A DNA stretch of 64,000 bases from an uncultured Thermoanaerobaculia bacterium (GCA_964641415.1 CAZXMW010000005.1:14760-78759); one strand, 5' to 3'. Counted from the stretch's first letter, positions 16,423 through 27,925 are shown. A program made the numbers and translations. Notes: generated by a model from the letters alone, not told the origin.

Positions 16423-18363
16423 TCATTGGCTCTTGCCCTTGAGGCGGTCGAGCGCCCGGTGGAGGCGCCACGCCTTGGTGCGCTCCATGGCCCCGATCAG
16501 CGCACCGAGCCGCTCGATTTCGGCGTGCAACCGCTCGATCTCGGACGCTCGTTCGTCGCACGCGATCTGCAGGGCCGTCTCCCGCTCGCCGAGACTCTCG
16601 ACCTCCGTTCGAAGCTCCCCGATCAGCTGTTGGCGCTCGCCGATGGCGGCGTTGGCCGCGGCGAGGTCGGCGCCGTGCCGCCTGACCTCGGCGGTCAGGC
16701 GTTCGCGTTCGGCGCGCAATGCCTCGACCTCGCCGTTGAGGCGGTGAGAGGCGTCGGCCGCCGCCGCGTCGGCAGCGCGTACCTTCGCGATGTCGCGCCG
16801 CGCGGCGTTCGCCGCCTCGCCGGCGGTCACCGCCTCGGCGCGCAGGGTGTCGACGACCCGGGCGACGACCTCGGGCCCGATCAGGTCGGCGTGACGGCCG
16901 ATGACCGCCGCCTTGAGGCGAAGGAAGTCCGCCCGACGGCGGGGGCTCTCGCCGAGCACATGGTGAGCAGCGCCCCGAAAGTGCCGGTACTCGGCGGTGA
17001 CCCGAGGCAGGTGGTGGAACGGAACCAGCGCGGCGAGCCGGATCAGGAAGTCCCAGTCCTCGAAGAACTCGAGCTCGGGGTCGAAGGGTCCCGCCCGGCG
17101 CGCCAAGGACAGGTCCATGATCAGGGTGTTGAACGGAATGTAGTTGTCGACGAGGAGCAGCTCGGGGTCGAAGTCTCTGCTGTACGGAAGTCGTCGTTCG
17201 ACCTCGCTCCAGCCGCCCTCCGGGCCGAGCTCGTAGATGCCGACGGCGGCGTCGGTGTAGGCGACGCGGACGTCCGCCGCGGCCACCAGACCGACCAGGG
17301 TGGCGATGTGCTCGGGCTCGACGAGATCGTCGTCGTCGAGAAAGCAGAGATAGGCCCCGGTGGCCGCGTCGACCCCGGCGTTGGCGGCGGCGGCCCGGCC
17401 CAGGGTGCGGCCCGTTTCGACCCGGACGACCGGGAAGGGAAAGTCGGCCGGCACCGTGGGCTCGGCGCCGCCGTCGTTGACCAGGACGATCTCAAGCCGG
17501 CGGTAGCTGCTGGCGGAGAGACTTGCCAGAGCCTCGGCGAGCAGGTCCGGGCGGTCCTTGGTTCGGACGACGACGCTGACGGTCGGACCCGCGGTGTTTG
17601 CCGCGAGCTCGACCATTGCCCCGAGCCGACGTGCCAGCTCGGTCGGGCCCTGGGTCACGATGTCGTTCAGGCCGATCTCGCAGTAGGCCTCGGCGGCGAC
17701 GGTGCCGGTCGGCAGCGACAGTGCCCGGAATCGGCGCATCCCGAGGGCAGCCTCTCGGTAGTTGTGCAGCTCGAGTTGGCTCGCGTGGGCCTCGATGGCG
17801 GCTGCCAGCCGGTCGAGCTCGTCGCTGACGTCGATCAGCAGGTTGGGATAGCTCGGGTGGTTGACCTCATAGAGCAGAATCCGGCACCCGGCCATGATCT
17901 CGTCGAGCTCGGTGCCGCCGCGCAGGGAGGTCAGGGCGAGATGGAGGGCAGTGAAGGCCGCCCGGTGATCGGTGGTGATCTCGCAGGGCGACACCGACAG
18001 AATGAGGTCAGGACGAACGTCGCGGATCGCTCCGGAGGCCGTTTCGGCGGCGGTGTCCACCCAGGCGGCGAGCTCACCGTCAGGGATCGACAGGACCTCC
18101 ATCCGGGAGATGCCCAGGACGCCGAGTCCCTGTCGGGCCTCGGCGCGGCGGCGCGCCCCATAACCCTCTCGGTCGGTGGTGACCTCGCTGCCCCCCGACG
18201 AATCGGTCAGGTAGACGATGCGGATGTCGGCGCCCCGGTCGGCGAGCTGGACGAGCAGACCGCCGCAGCCGAGGACCTCGTCGTCGAAGTGTGGGGCGAG
18301 CACCAGCACGCGTCGGGCGCCGACCGTCGTCGTGGTCGTCGGGGGCATCGGGTCGAGCTGCAT
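16423..18363 (-). CDS. Fusion protein: PIG-L/LmbE-type deacetylase, GT2 glycosyltransferase and a C-terminal coiled coil
   Basis: The PIG-L part reads VLVLAPHFDDEVLGCGG. The GT2 part reads VSVVVRTKDRPDLL...VLVNDGG ... FLDDDD. A heptad-rich tail is present. ATG 18363 precedes the PIG-L domain. Confidence 0.8.
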   Translation of the reverse strand: MQLDPMPPTTTTTVGARRVLVLAPHFDDEVLGCGGLLVQLADRGADIRIVYLTDSSGGSEVTTDREGYGARRRAEARQGLGVLGISRMEVLSIPDGELAAWVDTAAETASGAIRDVRPDLILSVSPCEITTDHRAAFTALHLALTSLRGGTELDEIMAGCRILLYEVNHPSYPNLLIDVSDELDRLAAAIEAHASQLELHNYREAALGMRRFRALSLPTGTVAAEAYCEIGLNDIVTQGPTELARRLGAMVELAANTAGPTVSVVVRTKDRPDLLAEALASLSASSYRRLEIVLVNDGGAEPTVPADFPFPVVRVETGRTLGRAAAANAGVDAATGAYLCFLDDDDLVEPEHIATLVGLVAAADVRVAYTDAAVGIYELGPEGGWSEVERRLPYSRDFDPELLLVDNYIPFNTLIMDLSLARRAGPFDPELEFFEDWDFLIRLAALVPFHHLPRVTAEYRHFRGAAHHVLGESPRRRADFLRLKAAVIGRHADLIGPEVVARVVDTLRAEAVTAGEAANAARRDIAKVRAADAAAADASHRLNGEVEALRAERERLTAEVRRHGADLAAANAAIGERQQLIGELRTEVESLGERETALQIACDERASEIERLHAEIERLGALIGAMERTKAWRLHRALDRLKGKSQ

Positions 18364-18418
18364 CGTGGTTGAGATAGTACACCGCTTCGACGACCAACAC
18401 GCGGGGGAACGCCGGTCA

Positions 18419-18579
18419 CCTGAGGTGAACGGTTCTGCCGGATGAGATGTGCCGAGATCGTGATGGGCTGATGGTTGCCGAAAACGGAGGCATACCCTTC
18501 GACGTGTCGAGTCTTTTCGCAGCCATCCAGGGCGCAGGAAATGTGGTGCAGATCGCCGGTGAGAATCGCTCATCTCAGG
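18419..18579 (+). repeat. Copy A of a dispersed, roughly 160-nt repeat family with 10-nt terminal inverted repeats
   Basis: It aligns end to end with 31191-31350, with about 30 mismatches and one 1-nt indel by eye. The termini are cctgaggtga and tcatctcagg. Confidence 0.85.
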
Positions 18580-18627
18580 TCTCTGCTACCATCCGCCCAT
18601 GGTCGAGACCGTGGCCGGGAGGCGTCG

Positions 18628-19908
18628 GTGAGCCGGGTGTTCATGATCTGTCCGGAGCCCGTGCGACGGCTCACCGCAGGCGTCGGCACCCGCTTCGTCG
18701 CCATCGCGGGAGTGCTCGGTCAGTGCGGCCATGCGGTGACTCTGGCGATCCCGAATCCTGCCGACGAGGCCGAGGCGGTTCCGGAAGAGGTCACGGTCGT
18801 CACCGCCGAACCGGATCGCATCGGCGTCCAGGCCGACGGCCACGACTGGGTGCTGATCCACGGCCACCTCGGCAACCACTACCTGGCGCAACGGGACGAT
18901 CTGCCGGTGGTGGTCGACCTCTACGACCCGTTCCTGATCGAGAACCTGCACTACCACCACCAGCTCGGATTCGAGCCCTACCGAACGGATCATGCGACCT
19001 GGAAGCTGCAGCTCGGCCGTGGCGACTTCTTCCTGTGCTCATCGTCGGACCAGCGCTACTTCTATCTCGGCTGGCTGGGCGCTCTGGGGCGGGTCAACCC
19101 GTCGATGGTCGATGACGATCCGACTCTGAACCGGCTGATCGCCGAGCTGCCCTTCGGCAGCCCGTCCGGCAACCCGCCGCCGAGGGCTCAGGCGTCAGAT
19201 CTTCTGCCGGGTGTCGGCGCCGGCGCCACCGTGCTCTACTTCGGCGGCATCTACGACTGGTACGATCCCGAGCTGGTGCTCGAAGCTCTGCCGAGGATCC
19301 TCGAGCTGCGGCCCGACGCGATCGTGCTTTTCGTCGACCACCCCCACCCGGAGGCGACGCCGCTTGCCGTCGCCGAACGGACGCGGGCCGAAGCCGAGCG
19401 CCGCGGCTGGCTCGGTACGACGGTCCGTTTCGAGCCCTGGCGCCCCTGGGATCGGCGCTTCGAGCTCGCTTCGGCGTCCGACCTCGCGGTGGTCACCCAC
19501 CGGCCGGGGATCGAGACGGACCTCAGTCTTCGGACCCGCATGGTCGACCTGTTGTGGCTCGGCCTGCCGGTGGTGGCGACGTCCGGCGGCGCCATGTCGG
19601 GGGTGGTCGAGACCATCGGCGCCGGTCGCGTGGTGCCGCCGGGCGATGATCGAGCGCTCGCCGACGCCGTGATCGAGCTGATCGTCGACGACGACCTGCG
19701 CCGCCGGGCCCGAACCGCCGGGCGCGAGTGGGCGGCCGGGCGGTGCTGGCGTGCGGTGTCTCGTCCGCTGCGCGAGTATGCCGCTGCCCCGTGGCGAGAC
19801 CCGCACCGGGACCGGTTCGTCGATCTTTCGCCGGCGGCGAGCTCGGCAACGGAGCCGTGGCGCGTCCGGCTTGATCGTGCGCTGCGCCGCCGGGGCGGCC
19901 GGTCGTGA
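18628..19908 (+). CDS. GT-B fold glycosyltransferase (GT4/GT1-like)
   Basis: The C-terminal half has the typical ...LAVVTHRPGIETDLSLRTRMVDLLWLGLPVVATSGGAMSGVVE... block. A gggagg RBS lies 6 nt before GTG 18628. ATG 18643 is an alternative start. Confidence 0.7.
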   Translation: MSRVFMICPEPVRRLTAGVGTRFVAIAGVLGQCGHAVTLAIPNPADEAEAVPEEVTVVTAEPDRIGVQADGHDWVLIHGHLGNHYLAQRDDLPVVVDLYDPFLIENLHYHHQLGFEPYRTDHATWKLQLGRGDFFLCSSSDQRYFYLGWLGALGRVNPSMVDDDPTLNRLIAELPFGSPSGNPPPRAQASDLLPGVGAGATVLYFGGIYDWYDPELVLEALPRILELRPDAIVLFVDHPHPEATPLAVAERTRAEAERRGWLGTTVRFEPWRPWDRRFELASASDLAVVTHRPGIETDLSLRTRMVDLLWLGLPVVATSGGAMSGVVETIGAGRVVPPGDDRALADAVIELIVDDDLRRRARTAGREWAAGRCWRAVSRPLREYAAAPWRDPHRDRFVDLSPAASSATEPWRVRLDRALRRRGGRS

Positions 19909-21158
19909 CGGCAGCTTCAATCATCGTCGTGTCCCACGCCGGGCTCGACCATCTCGAGGACAGTCTGGGATCGTTGGCCGACGGACGGGTCCGCTCCGGC
20001 GCTCAGGTGGTGCTGGTCGACAACGGGTCGGCCCACGACTGCGACGAAACCGTGGCTCGGCGCTGGCCGTGGGCCGAGGTCGTCCGGTCCGAGGTCAACC
20101 TCGGCTTCGCCGGCGGCGTCGCCCTCGGCGTCGAGGCGGCATCCGGCGACGTGCTGATTCTGCTCAACGACGATGCGGCGGCCGGCGACGGCCTGGTCGA
20201 GGCGCACGTCGAGGCCCTGGTCGACCACCCGCAGGCGGCGGTCTCGGCCGGTCGGCTCACCAGTTGGGACGGCGGCGGACACGATTTCGTCCGCGGTGTC
20301 GTCACCTTCGACGTGCACGCGTTCCAGCTCGGCCAGGGTTGGCCGCTCGACGAATTTTCGACCCCCTCGCGCGGCGAGCCGCTGGCTTTCCCGTGCGGCG
20401 GCAACATGGCGATCCGGCGGTCGGACTGGGACGCACTCGGTGGATTTGACCGCGACCTGTTCGCCTACTTCGAGGACGTTGACCTCGGCTGGCGCCTGTG
20501 GGCGTCGGACCGCGCCGTCGTTGCGGCGCCCGACGCCGTCGCCCGGCACCGCGGTGCGGCGACCTCGTCCCGGCTCGGCGATTTTCGCCGCGGCGTGCTC
20601 TTCGAGCGCAACGCCCTGCGGACCTTCTTCGCCTGCGCCGACGACGAGCACCGCACTGCGCTCGCGCCGGCGGTGATCACGACGTTTTTCCACCGTCTGG
20701 CGGCGTACGCCGAGACCGACCCGGCGCTGCGTGGGTTGGCCGCCGACCCGTTCGGGCCGGTCCCGCCACCGCCGGGCCGGGCCGAGCGTTGGCGGCGACG
20801 GCTGCGCGAGCGAGGCGCGTTCGGCGCCGCGCGGCACCTGCTGTCGAGGATCGTCATGGGCCCCGGTGCCGGGGCGCCGACAGTCACGGACGGACACTTT
20901 CTCATGCAGCTGCGGGCGATGAGCGGGTTCTTCACCGGGCTCGACGACACGAGACGGCGGCGTCACGAGCTCGACCTGCTGCGCAGGGTGCCGGACCGCG
21001 CAATCCTGGAGCGCTTTCCACGGCTCGTGGTGCCGACCTACCCGGGCGACGACCGGTGGTTCGCCTCCGGCGCCTTCGCCGATCTGCTGCCGGACGACTG
21101 GCCGATCGAGATGCGGCGTCTCGACGATGTGCTGCACCCGAGCATCGTGGGTGCGTGA
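19905..21158 (+). CDS. GT2 family glycosyltransferase
   Basis: The sequence reads SIIVVSHAGLDHL...VVLVDNGS...NLGFAGG...LLNDD. The GTGA start/stop overlap links it to the upstream GT4 gene. Confidence 0.8.
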   Translation: MTAASIIVVSHAGLDHLEDSLGSLADGRVRSGAQVVLVDNGSAHDCDETVARRWPWAEVVRSEVNLGFAGGVALGVEAASGDVLILLNDDAAAGDGLVEAHVEALVDHPQAAVSAGRLTSWDGGGHDFVRGVVTFDVHAFQLGQGWPLDEFSTPSRGEPLAFPCGGNMAIRRSDWDALGGFDRDLFAYFEDVDLGWRLWASDRAVVAAPDAVARHRGAATSSRLGDFRRGVLFERNALRTFFACADDEHRTALAPAVITTFFHRLAAYAETDPALRGLAADPFGPVPPPPGRAERWRRRLRERGAFGAARHLLSRIVMGPGAGAPTVTDGHFLMQLRAMSGFFTGLDDTRRRRHELDLLRRVPDRAILERFPRLVVPTYPGDDRWFASGAFADLLPDDWPIEMRRLDDVLHPSIVGA

Positions 21159-21167
21159 GACCGGCCG

Positions 21168-22016
21168 GTGACCACATCGGACCCCGGGCTCGAGCGACGC
21201 CGGCGCCACTTCGAGATCGAGCGCGAGCTCGCCGATCGGCTCCGAGCGGCGTCCGGAGCCGATCGACGGGAGCTGTATCCGGAGATCTACAGCGAGCTTT
21301 TCAGACGGATCGAGCTGCCGGATGACCGGTCGGCCCAGCGTGCCCAGGTCGGCCCGCTGCTGGAGCTTGCGGCACCGTTCGTCAGGCCGGACAGTCGATT
21401 CGCCGAGTTCGGCGCCGGCCGGTGCGATCTCAGCCGCGCCATGGCCGGGCGGGTCGCCCGGGTCTGGGCGGTGGATGCGGTCGATCCAGGGCTGGCGCCG
21501 GGCGAGGTTCCGTCGGGCTTCGAGTTCGTCATTTCCGGGGCGGTGGGCGCCCGACTGCCTGCCGGCGGCATCGACCTCGCGCTGAGCTGCCACTTCGTCG
21601 AGCATCTCCACCCCGACGACCTGCCCGAGCATCTGGCGCAGGTCCGGGACCTGCTGTCCGACCGTGGCGTGTACATCGTGGTGACGCCGAACCGTATCTA
21701 CGGACCGCACGACATCTCGCGCGGTTTCTCCGACCGGGCGCAGGGGCTTCACCTCCGGGAGTACTGCCACCACGACCTGGCCCGGGCCATGCGCCGGGCC
21801 GGCTTCGCCCGGGTCGGCGCCATCGGGAGGCCCGGAAGGCTACCGAGCGTCGGGAGGCTGCTGGCGGCAGGCTCGGCCGAACGGGTGGTCGATGCTCTGC
21901 CGGGCACGTGGCGGCGGGCGCTGCTGGCGTCGGCGCCGCGCAGGCCGCCGTTCCGGCCCCTCGAGCAGGTCAAGCTCGCCGCCGTCAATCGAGCAGCGTC
22001 AGGGTCCGGCGGTTGA
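21168..22016 (+). CDS. Class I SAM-dependent methyltransferase
   Basis: Motif I-like FAEFGAGRCD is present, with a later FVEHLHPDDLPEHL...GVYIVVTPN block. Confidence 0.7.
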   Translation: MTTSDPGLERRRRHFEIERELADRLRAASGADRRELYPEIYSELFRRIELPDDRSAQRAQVGPLLELAAPFVRPDSRFAEFGAGRCDLSRAMAGRVARVWAVDAVDPGLAPGEVPSGFEFVISGAVGARLPAGGIDLALSCHFVEHLHPDDLPEHLAQVRDLLSDRGVYIVVTPNRIYGPHDISRGFSDRAQGLHLREYCHHDLARAMRRAGFARVGAIGRPGRLPSVGRLLAAGSAERVVDALPGTWRRALLASAPRRPPFRPLEQVKLAAVNRAASGSGG

Positions 22017-22774
22017 CGACGCCGGTCTTCGTCTCCGACGGTCCACCGAGCCGGGACCTGGCCTTCGAGGGCGACATGCTGGCCCGGGCGGCGGCCGGGA
22101 CGCCGTCGCTGCTGACGACCTCGTGGCCGGGGCCGGTGGTCGTTCTCGGCTATGCCCAGCCGCCGACCGACGTCGATCTCGGGTGGTGCCGCGACCGCGC
22201 CATCCCGGTGCTGAGGCGCCTCAGCGGCGGTACCGGAGTGATTCACAGACAGGATCTCGGGGTGGCGCTGGCGCTGCCCCGGGAGCACCCCTGGGCATCG
22301 GCCATCGTCGGGCTCTACGACCGATTCCTCGACGCGTTGGCGCCTGCTCTCGTCGAGGTCGGCAGCCGCGTCGAGCGGGTTGCACAACCGCGCCGGGCGG
22401 GCCGGGTACGGTCACCGATCTGCTTCGAGGATCAGCTGTCGGACACCCTGGTCGTCGACGGCCGCAAAGCGGTCGGCTGTTCTCAGACCCGCCGCAAGAA
22501 CGCGGTGTTGATCCACGCGGCGATCATGCTCGGTCTCGACCCGTCGCTGTACGCCGGTGTTTTCGGTGTCGGTGAGGAGCGCGTCCGTCGCGGGCTGGCG
22601 CCCGCCCTCACAGGGGCCGAGATCGAGGACGTTTCGGACGCGGTGATCCGGCAGCTCGCAGAGCGTCTCGGTTGGACGCCGGCGGCGCCGGAGAAGCCGA
22701 CCCCGTCGGCCGAGGAGCTGGCGCGGTACCGCCATGAACGCTGGTCGATGGTCCCGGATTGCGGAATGCGGTGA
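22013..22774 (+). CDS. Lipoate-protein ligase / octanoyltransferase family protein (BPL_LplA_LipB domain)
   Basis: The sequence contains RRLSGGTGVIHRQDLG and GRKAVGCSQTRRKNAVLIHAAI (the catalytic Lys context). A TTG start overlaps the upstream stop. ATG 22076 is an alternative start. Confidence 0.6.
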   Translation: MTTPVFVSDGPPSRDLAFEGDMLARAAAGTPSLLTTSWPGPVVVLGYAQPPTDVDLGWCRDRAIPVLRRLSGGTGVIHRQDLGVALALPREHPWASAIVGLYDRFLDALAPALVEVGSRVERVAQPRRAGRVRSPICFEDQLSDTLVVDGRKAVGCSQTRRKNAVLIHAAIMLGLDPSLYAGVFGVGEERVRRGLAPALTGAEIEDVSDAVIRQLAERLGWTPAAPEKPTPSAEELARYRHERWSMVPDCGMR

Positions 22775-22904
22775 CAACCGCCCGAGTTTGATCTGATGCG
22801 GTCAAAACGGTGGCCACGGGTCGTGCCGCCTCCTTCTGCTGCGAAATAGCCACTCCACGAACCCTGTTCTCCACGAGGGAAAGCACGATCGGAAAGGCGA
22901 ACGT

Positions 22905-23978
22905 ATGCCCCTTACGCAGGTCTACCACGCGGTCACCGAGCGGCTGGAGATTCTCGGGCCCGACGGCTCCGTCGACGAGGAACTGCTGCCGAAGCTCGAG
23001 GAGGATCGCGTCCGTTCGATCTACCTCGACATGATTCGGATGCGCGCGATGGACGACAAGGCGCTCAAGCTCCAGCGTCAGGGACGGATGGGAACGTGGC
23101 CGCCGATCAAGGGCCAGGAGGCGATTCAGGCCGGCGTTGCCCAGGCCATGACCGACGACGACTGGTTGATCCCCGCCTTCCGCGAGCACGGCATCATGCT
23201 CCTGCGCGGCGTTCCGGCCCACCTGATCTACGCCTACTGGGCCGGCGACGAGCGCGGTTCGGCATTCCCCGAAGGCGTGCGGGTGTTCCCGGTTGCGGTG
23301 CCGGTGGGCAGTCAGTGGCAGCACGGAACCGGGGTCGGTCTGTCAATCAAGCTTCGCGGCGAGGATGCGGTGGCGGTGACCTTCGGCGGCGATGGTTCGA
23401 CGTCGGAGGGCGACTTCCACGAGGCCATGAACTGCGCCGGCGTGTTCCAGGTGCCGTGCGTCTTCGTGATTCAGAACAACCAGTGGGCGATCTCGGTTCC
23501 TCTGCATCGGCAGACCGCGTCCAAAACTCTCGCCCAAAAGGCGCACGCCTACGGCATTCCGGGCATTCAGGTGGACGGCAATGACGTCTTCGCAGTGTTT
23601 GCCGCGGCGTCTGAAGCCATCGAGCGGGCGCGCAGCGGCAACGGCCCGACCCTGATCGAGGCGGTGACCTATCGGATCGGCGACCACACCACCGCCGACG
23701 ACGCGAGTCGCTATCGCGAGGATGAAGAGGTCGCCGAATGGTCCCGGCGCGATCCCATCGTGCGGCTCCGGGCGTTCATGGAGAGCCGCAGCTGGTGGGA
23801 CGAGGCGCGCGAGGAGCAGGCCCAATCCGAGGCCCACGCGTGGGTCGACCAGGTGGTCGCCGACGCCGAGGCCATGCCGCCCCAAGATCCCGCCGACATC
23901 TTCACCCACATGTACGCCGATCTGCCGCCGCACCTTGCCGAGCAGATGGCCGAGGTGGTCGATCGGGAGGGGTCATGA
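22905..23978 (+). CDS. 2-oxoacid (pyruvate/acetoin/branched-chain) dehydrogenase E1 alpha subunit, TPP-dependent
   Basis: The TPP motif is FGGDGSTSEGDFHEAMNCAGVFQVPCVFVIQNNQWAIS. Confidence 0.85.
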   Translation: MPLTQVYHAVTERLEILGPDGSVDEELLPKLEEDRVRSIYLDMIRMRAMDDKALKLQRQGRMGTWPPIKGQEAIQAGVAQAMTDDDWLIPAFREHGIMLLRGVPAHLIYAYWAGDERGSAFPEGVRVFPVAVPVGSQWQHGTGVGLSIKLRGEDAVAVTFGGDGSTSEGDFHEAMNCAGVFQVPCVFVIQNNQWAISVPLHRQTASKTLAQKAHAYGIPGIQVDGNDVFAVFAAASEAIERARSGNGPTLIEAVTYRIGDHTTADDASRYREDEEVAEWSRRDPIVRLRAFMESRSWWDEAREEQAQSEAHAWVDQVVADAEAMPPQDPADIFTHMYADLPPHLAEQMAEVVDREGS

Positions 23979-25000
23979 GCAATGCCGAGGTCCGCGCTGT
24001 GGAGGCGCAGCCGTCCGGCGCCACCGGGAAGCTGACCATCGCTCAGGCGGTGCGGGATGCCATGCGCGACGAGCTGCGCCGGGACGAGACGGTCGTCGTG
24101 CTCGGCGAAGACGTCGGGGTCGACGGCGGTGTGTTTCGCGCCACCGAAGGACTCATCGAAGAGTTCGGTCCCGAACGGGTCATCGACACCCCGCTCGCCG
24201 AGAGCGCCATCATCGGGATGTCGGTCGGCATGGCGGCCACCGGCATGCGGCCGGTGGCCGAAATCCAGTTCATGGGTTTCGTCTACCCGGCGGTCAACCA
24301 GTTGCTGGCCCACGCCTCCCGGATGCGCAACCGCACCCGCGGTGTGCTGTCGGTGCCCATGGTGGTGCGGATGCCCTACGGTGGCGGCATCCACCCGCCT
24401 GAGCACCACTCCGAGAGCTACGAGTCGATGTTTCTCAACAGTCCGGGCTTCAAGGTGGTGGTACCGTCCAACCCCTACGATGCCAAGGGGCTGCTCACCG
24501 CGGCGATCCGCGATCCTGATCCGGTGCTGTTCATGGAGCCGAAGCGGATCTACCGGGCGTTCCGTGACAGCGTTCCGACCGAGCCGTACACGGTGCCGCT
24601 CGGCGAGGCCGCTGTGGCCCGCGAGGGAGACGACGTGACCCTGATCTCCTGGGGAGCCATGGTGCGAGTCTGCCTCGATGCCGCCGACATGCTGGACCGC
24701 GAGGACGTCAGCGTCGAGGTCGTCGATCTGCGGACCCTCAATCCCCTCGACCGGCCGACCGTGCTCGCCAGCGTCGAGAAGACCGGTCGGGCCGTGGTTG
24801 TCCACGAGGCGCCTCGCACCACCGGGTTCGGCGCCGAGATCGCCGCCCTGATCGGCGAGCACGCGCTGCTCCACCTGGTCGCTCCGGTCAAGCGGGTGAC
24901 CGGCTACGATATCGTGTTTCCGCTCGCCAAGAACGAGAAGCTCTACCTGCCGACCCGCGATCGGATTGCCGGCGTGGTTCGCGAGACGCTGGAGTTTTAG
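23975..25000 (+). CDS. 2-oxoacid dehydrogenase E1 beta subunit
   Basis: The sequence reads VLGEDVG..GGVFRATEGL...RVIDTPLAESAIIG. An ATGA overlap links it to E1 alpha. Confidence 0.85.
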   Translation: MSNAEVRAVEAQPSGATGKLTIAQAVRDAMRDELRRDETVVVLGEDVGVDGGVFRATEGLIEEFGPERVIDTPLAESAIIGMSVGMAATGMRPVAEIQFMGFVYPAVNQLLAHASRMRNRTRGVLSVPMVVRMPYGGGIHPPEHHSESYESMFLNSPGFKVVVPSNPYDAKGLLTAAIRDPDPVLFMEPKRIYRAFRDSVPTEPYTVPLGEAAVAREGDDVTLISWGAMVRVCLDAADMLDREDVSVEVVDLRTLNPLDRPTVLASVEKTGRAVVVHEAPRTTGFGAEIAALIGEHALLHLVAPVKRVTGYDIVFPLAKNEKLYLPTRDRIAGVVRETLEF

Positions 25001-25041
25001 CGGTCCCGGTGAGCGGCCGGGGACCGATCGAAAGGCAGACC

Positions 25042-26303
25042 ATGGCATTCGTCTTCAATTTTCCCGATGTCGGCGAGGGCATTCACGAGGGGCGCGTCGT
25101 CGAGTGGCTGGTCGCCGAGGGTGACGTGGTCGCAGAGGATCAACCGCTGGTCAAGGTCGAAACCGACAAGGCCGTCGTCGAGCTGCCGTCGCCGCGGGCC
25201 GGTTCGGTGATCGCCCTCCACGTTCCGGCCGAGACCGACATCGAGGTCGGCGACGCCCTGGTCACCATCGGCGAGCCCGGCGAGGCCGCAGTCGACGGGT
25301 CATCCGGGCCGGCGCGCGCCACCCTGACCGAGGTTCCGGCCGCTCCGCAGCCCAAACCGGCGTCCGAGCCGGCGCCCGAGCCGGTGAGCTCGGCCGGCCG
25401 ACGTCCGCTGGCGACCCCCAGAACCCGGGCGCTCGCCCGCCGCCTCGGAGTCGACCTCGCCGGCGTGACCGGAACCGGCTCCGGCGGCCGGATCACCGAC
25501 GATGACGTCGAGCGCGCCGCCGCAGCCGCCGCCCCGTCGGATGGACGGGATGCGATCAAGCGCGTGCCGGCGCCGGTCGGAGTCGCCTCGTCGACCGCAG
25601 ACGGCGACATCGAGCGAGTGCCGTTGACGCACCTGCGCAAGGTCATCGCCGGCGCCATGCGGACCTCCAAGCAGACCTCAGCCCACGTCACGCACGTCGA
25701 CGAGGCCGACGTCACCGAGCTGTACGAGCATTACCGCTCGGTCAAGGCGGAGGTCGAGGCGGACGGCGGCCGGTTCACGCTGCTGCCGTTCTTCGTCAAG
25801 GCGCTGGTCACCGTGCTCAAGCGCTACCCGATGTTCAACGCCAGCGTCGACGAGGAACGAGGCGAGGTGCTGCTCAAACGCTTCTACAACATCGGGATTG
25901 CGGTCGACACCCCGGAAGGCCTGATCGTGCCGGTGATCCGAGGCGCCGATCGCAAGAACATGGTCGAGCTGTCGGGCGAGATCGCCGATCTCGCGGAGCG
26001 GGCCCGCGACCGCAGGCTCGGGCTCGACGAGCTTCGCGGCGGGACCTGTACCATCACCAACATCGGTCCGCTGGGTGGGGTGTTCGCGACGCCGATCATC
26101 AACCAGCCCGAGCTCGCCATCGTCGGTCTGCACAAGATCCAGGATCGGCCGGTGGTGATCGACGGCGAGATCACGGTGCGCAAGATGATGTACCTCAGCG
26201 TGTCCTTCGATCACCGGTGGATCGACGGCGCCGAGGGAGCGCGTTTCATGACCGAGCTGGTCGGACTGCTCGCCAGCCCGGGTCTGTTGATGGCGAGGTT
26301 GTG

Positions 26304-26304
<1 letters not shown>
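25042..26304 (+). CDS. Dihydrolipoamide acyltransferase (E2)
   Basis: The lipoyl domain reads PLVKVETDKAVVELPSP. There is a PSBD region, and the catalytic part reads SVSFDHRWIDGAEGARF. Confidence 0.9.
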
Positions 26305-27722
<1,418 letters not shown>

Positions 27723-27925
27723 GTCACGGATGCAGGCGGCGTTTCCTCGGACCCTGCCGAGAGTCGGCTTCGGGTCGTCAGACATCGACCGACGATCCCG
27801 GAACCGGCGCCCTCGTGCGCCTCGTCCGGCCGCGGCTGAAGGGCGACTCGACCGGATGACGACTCGTGGTACGCTCGCAAAGGACGAGAGCGCCATCCGC
27901 GCGACCCCTTCGGGACAGATGTGCC

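Noticed and set aside
18419-18579. Assignment of the ~160-nt element to a known riboswitch class (c-di-GMP, SAM, TPP, ykkC and others)
   Set aside because: I compared it from memory with the conserved cores of those classes and saw no match. I leave it unclassified rather than naming a family.
21422-22774. 450-aa ORF fusing methyltransferase-overlapping sequence to the LplA-like domain
   Set aside because: The N-terminal 197 codons are an alternative frame of the methyltransferase gene, which has clear SAM-MT motifs in its own frame. The ligase-like domain begins near 22013.
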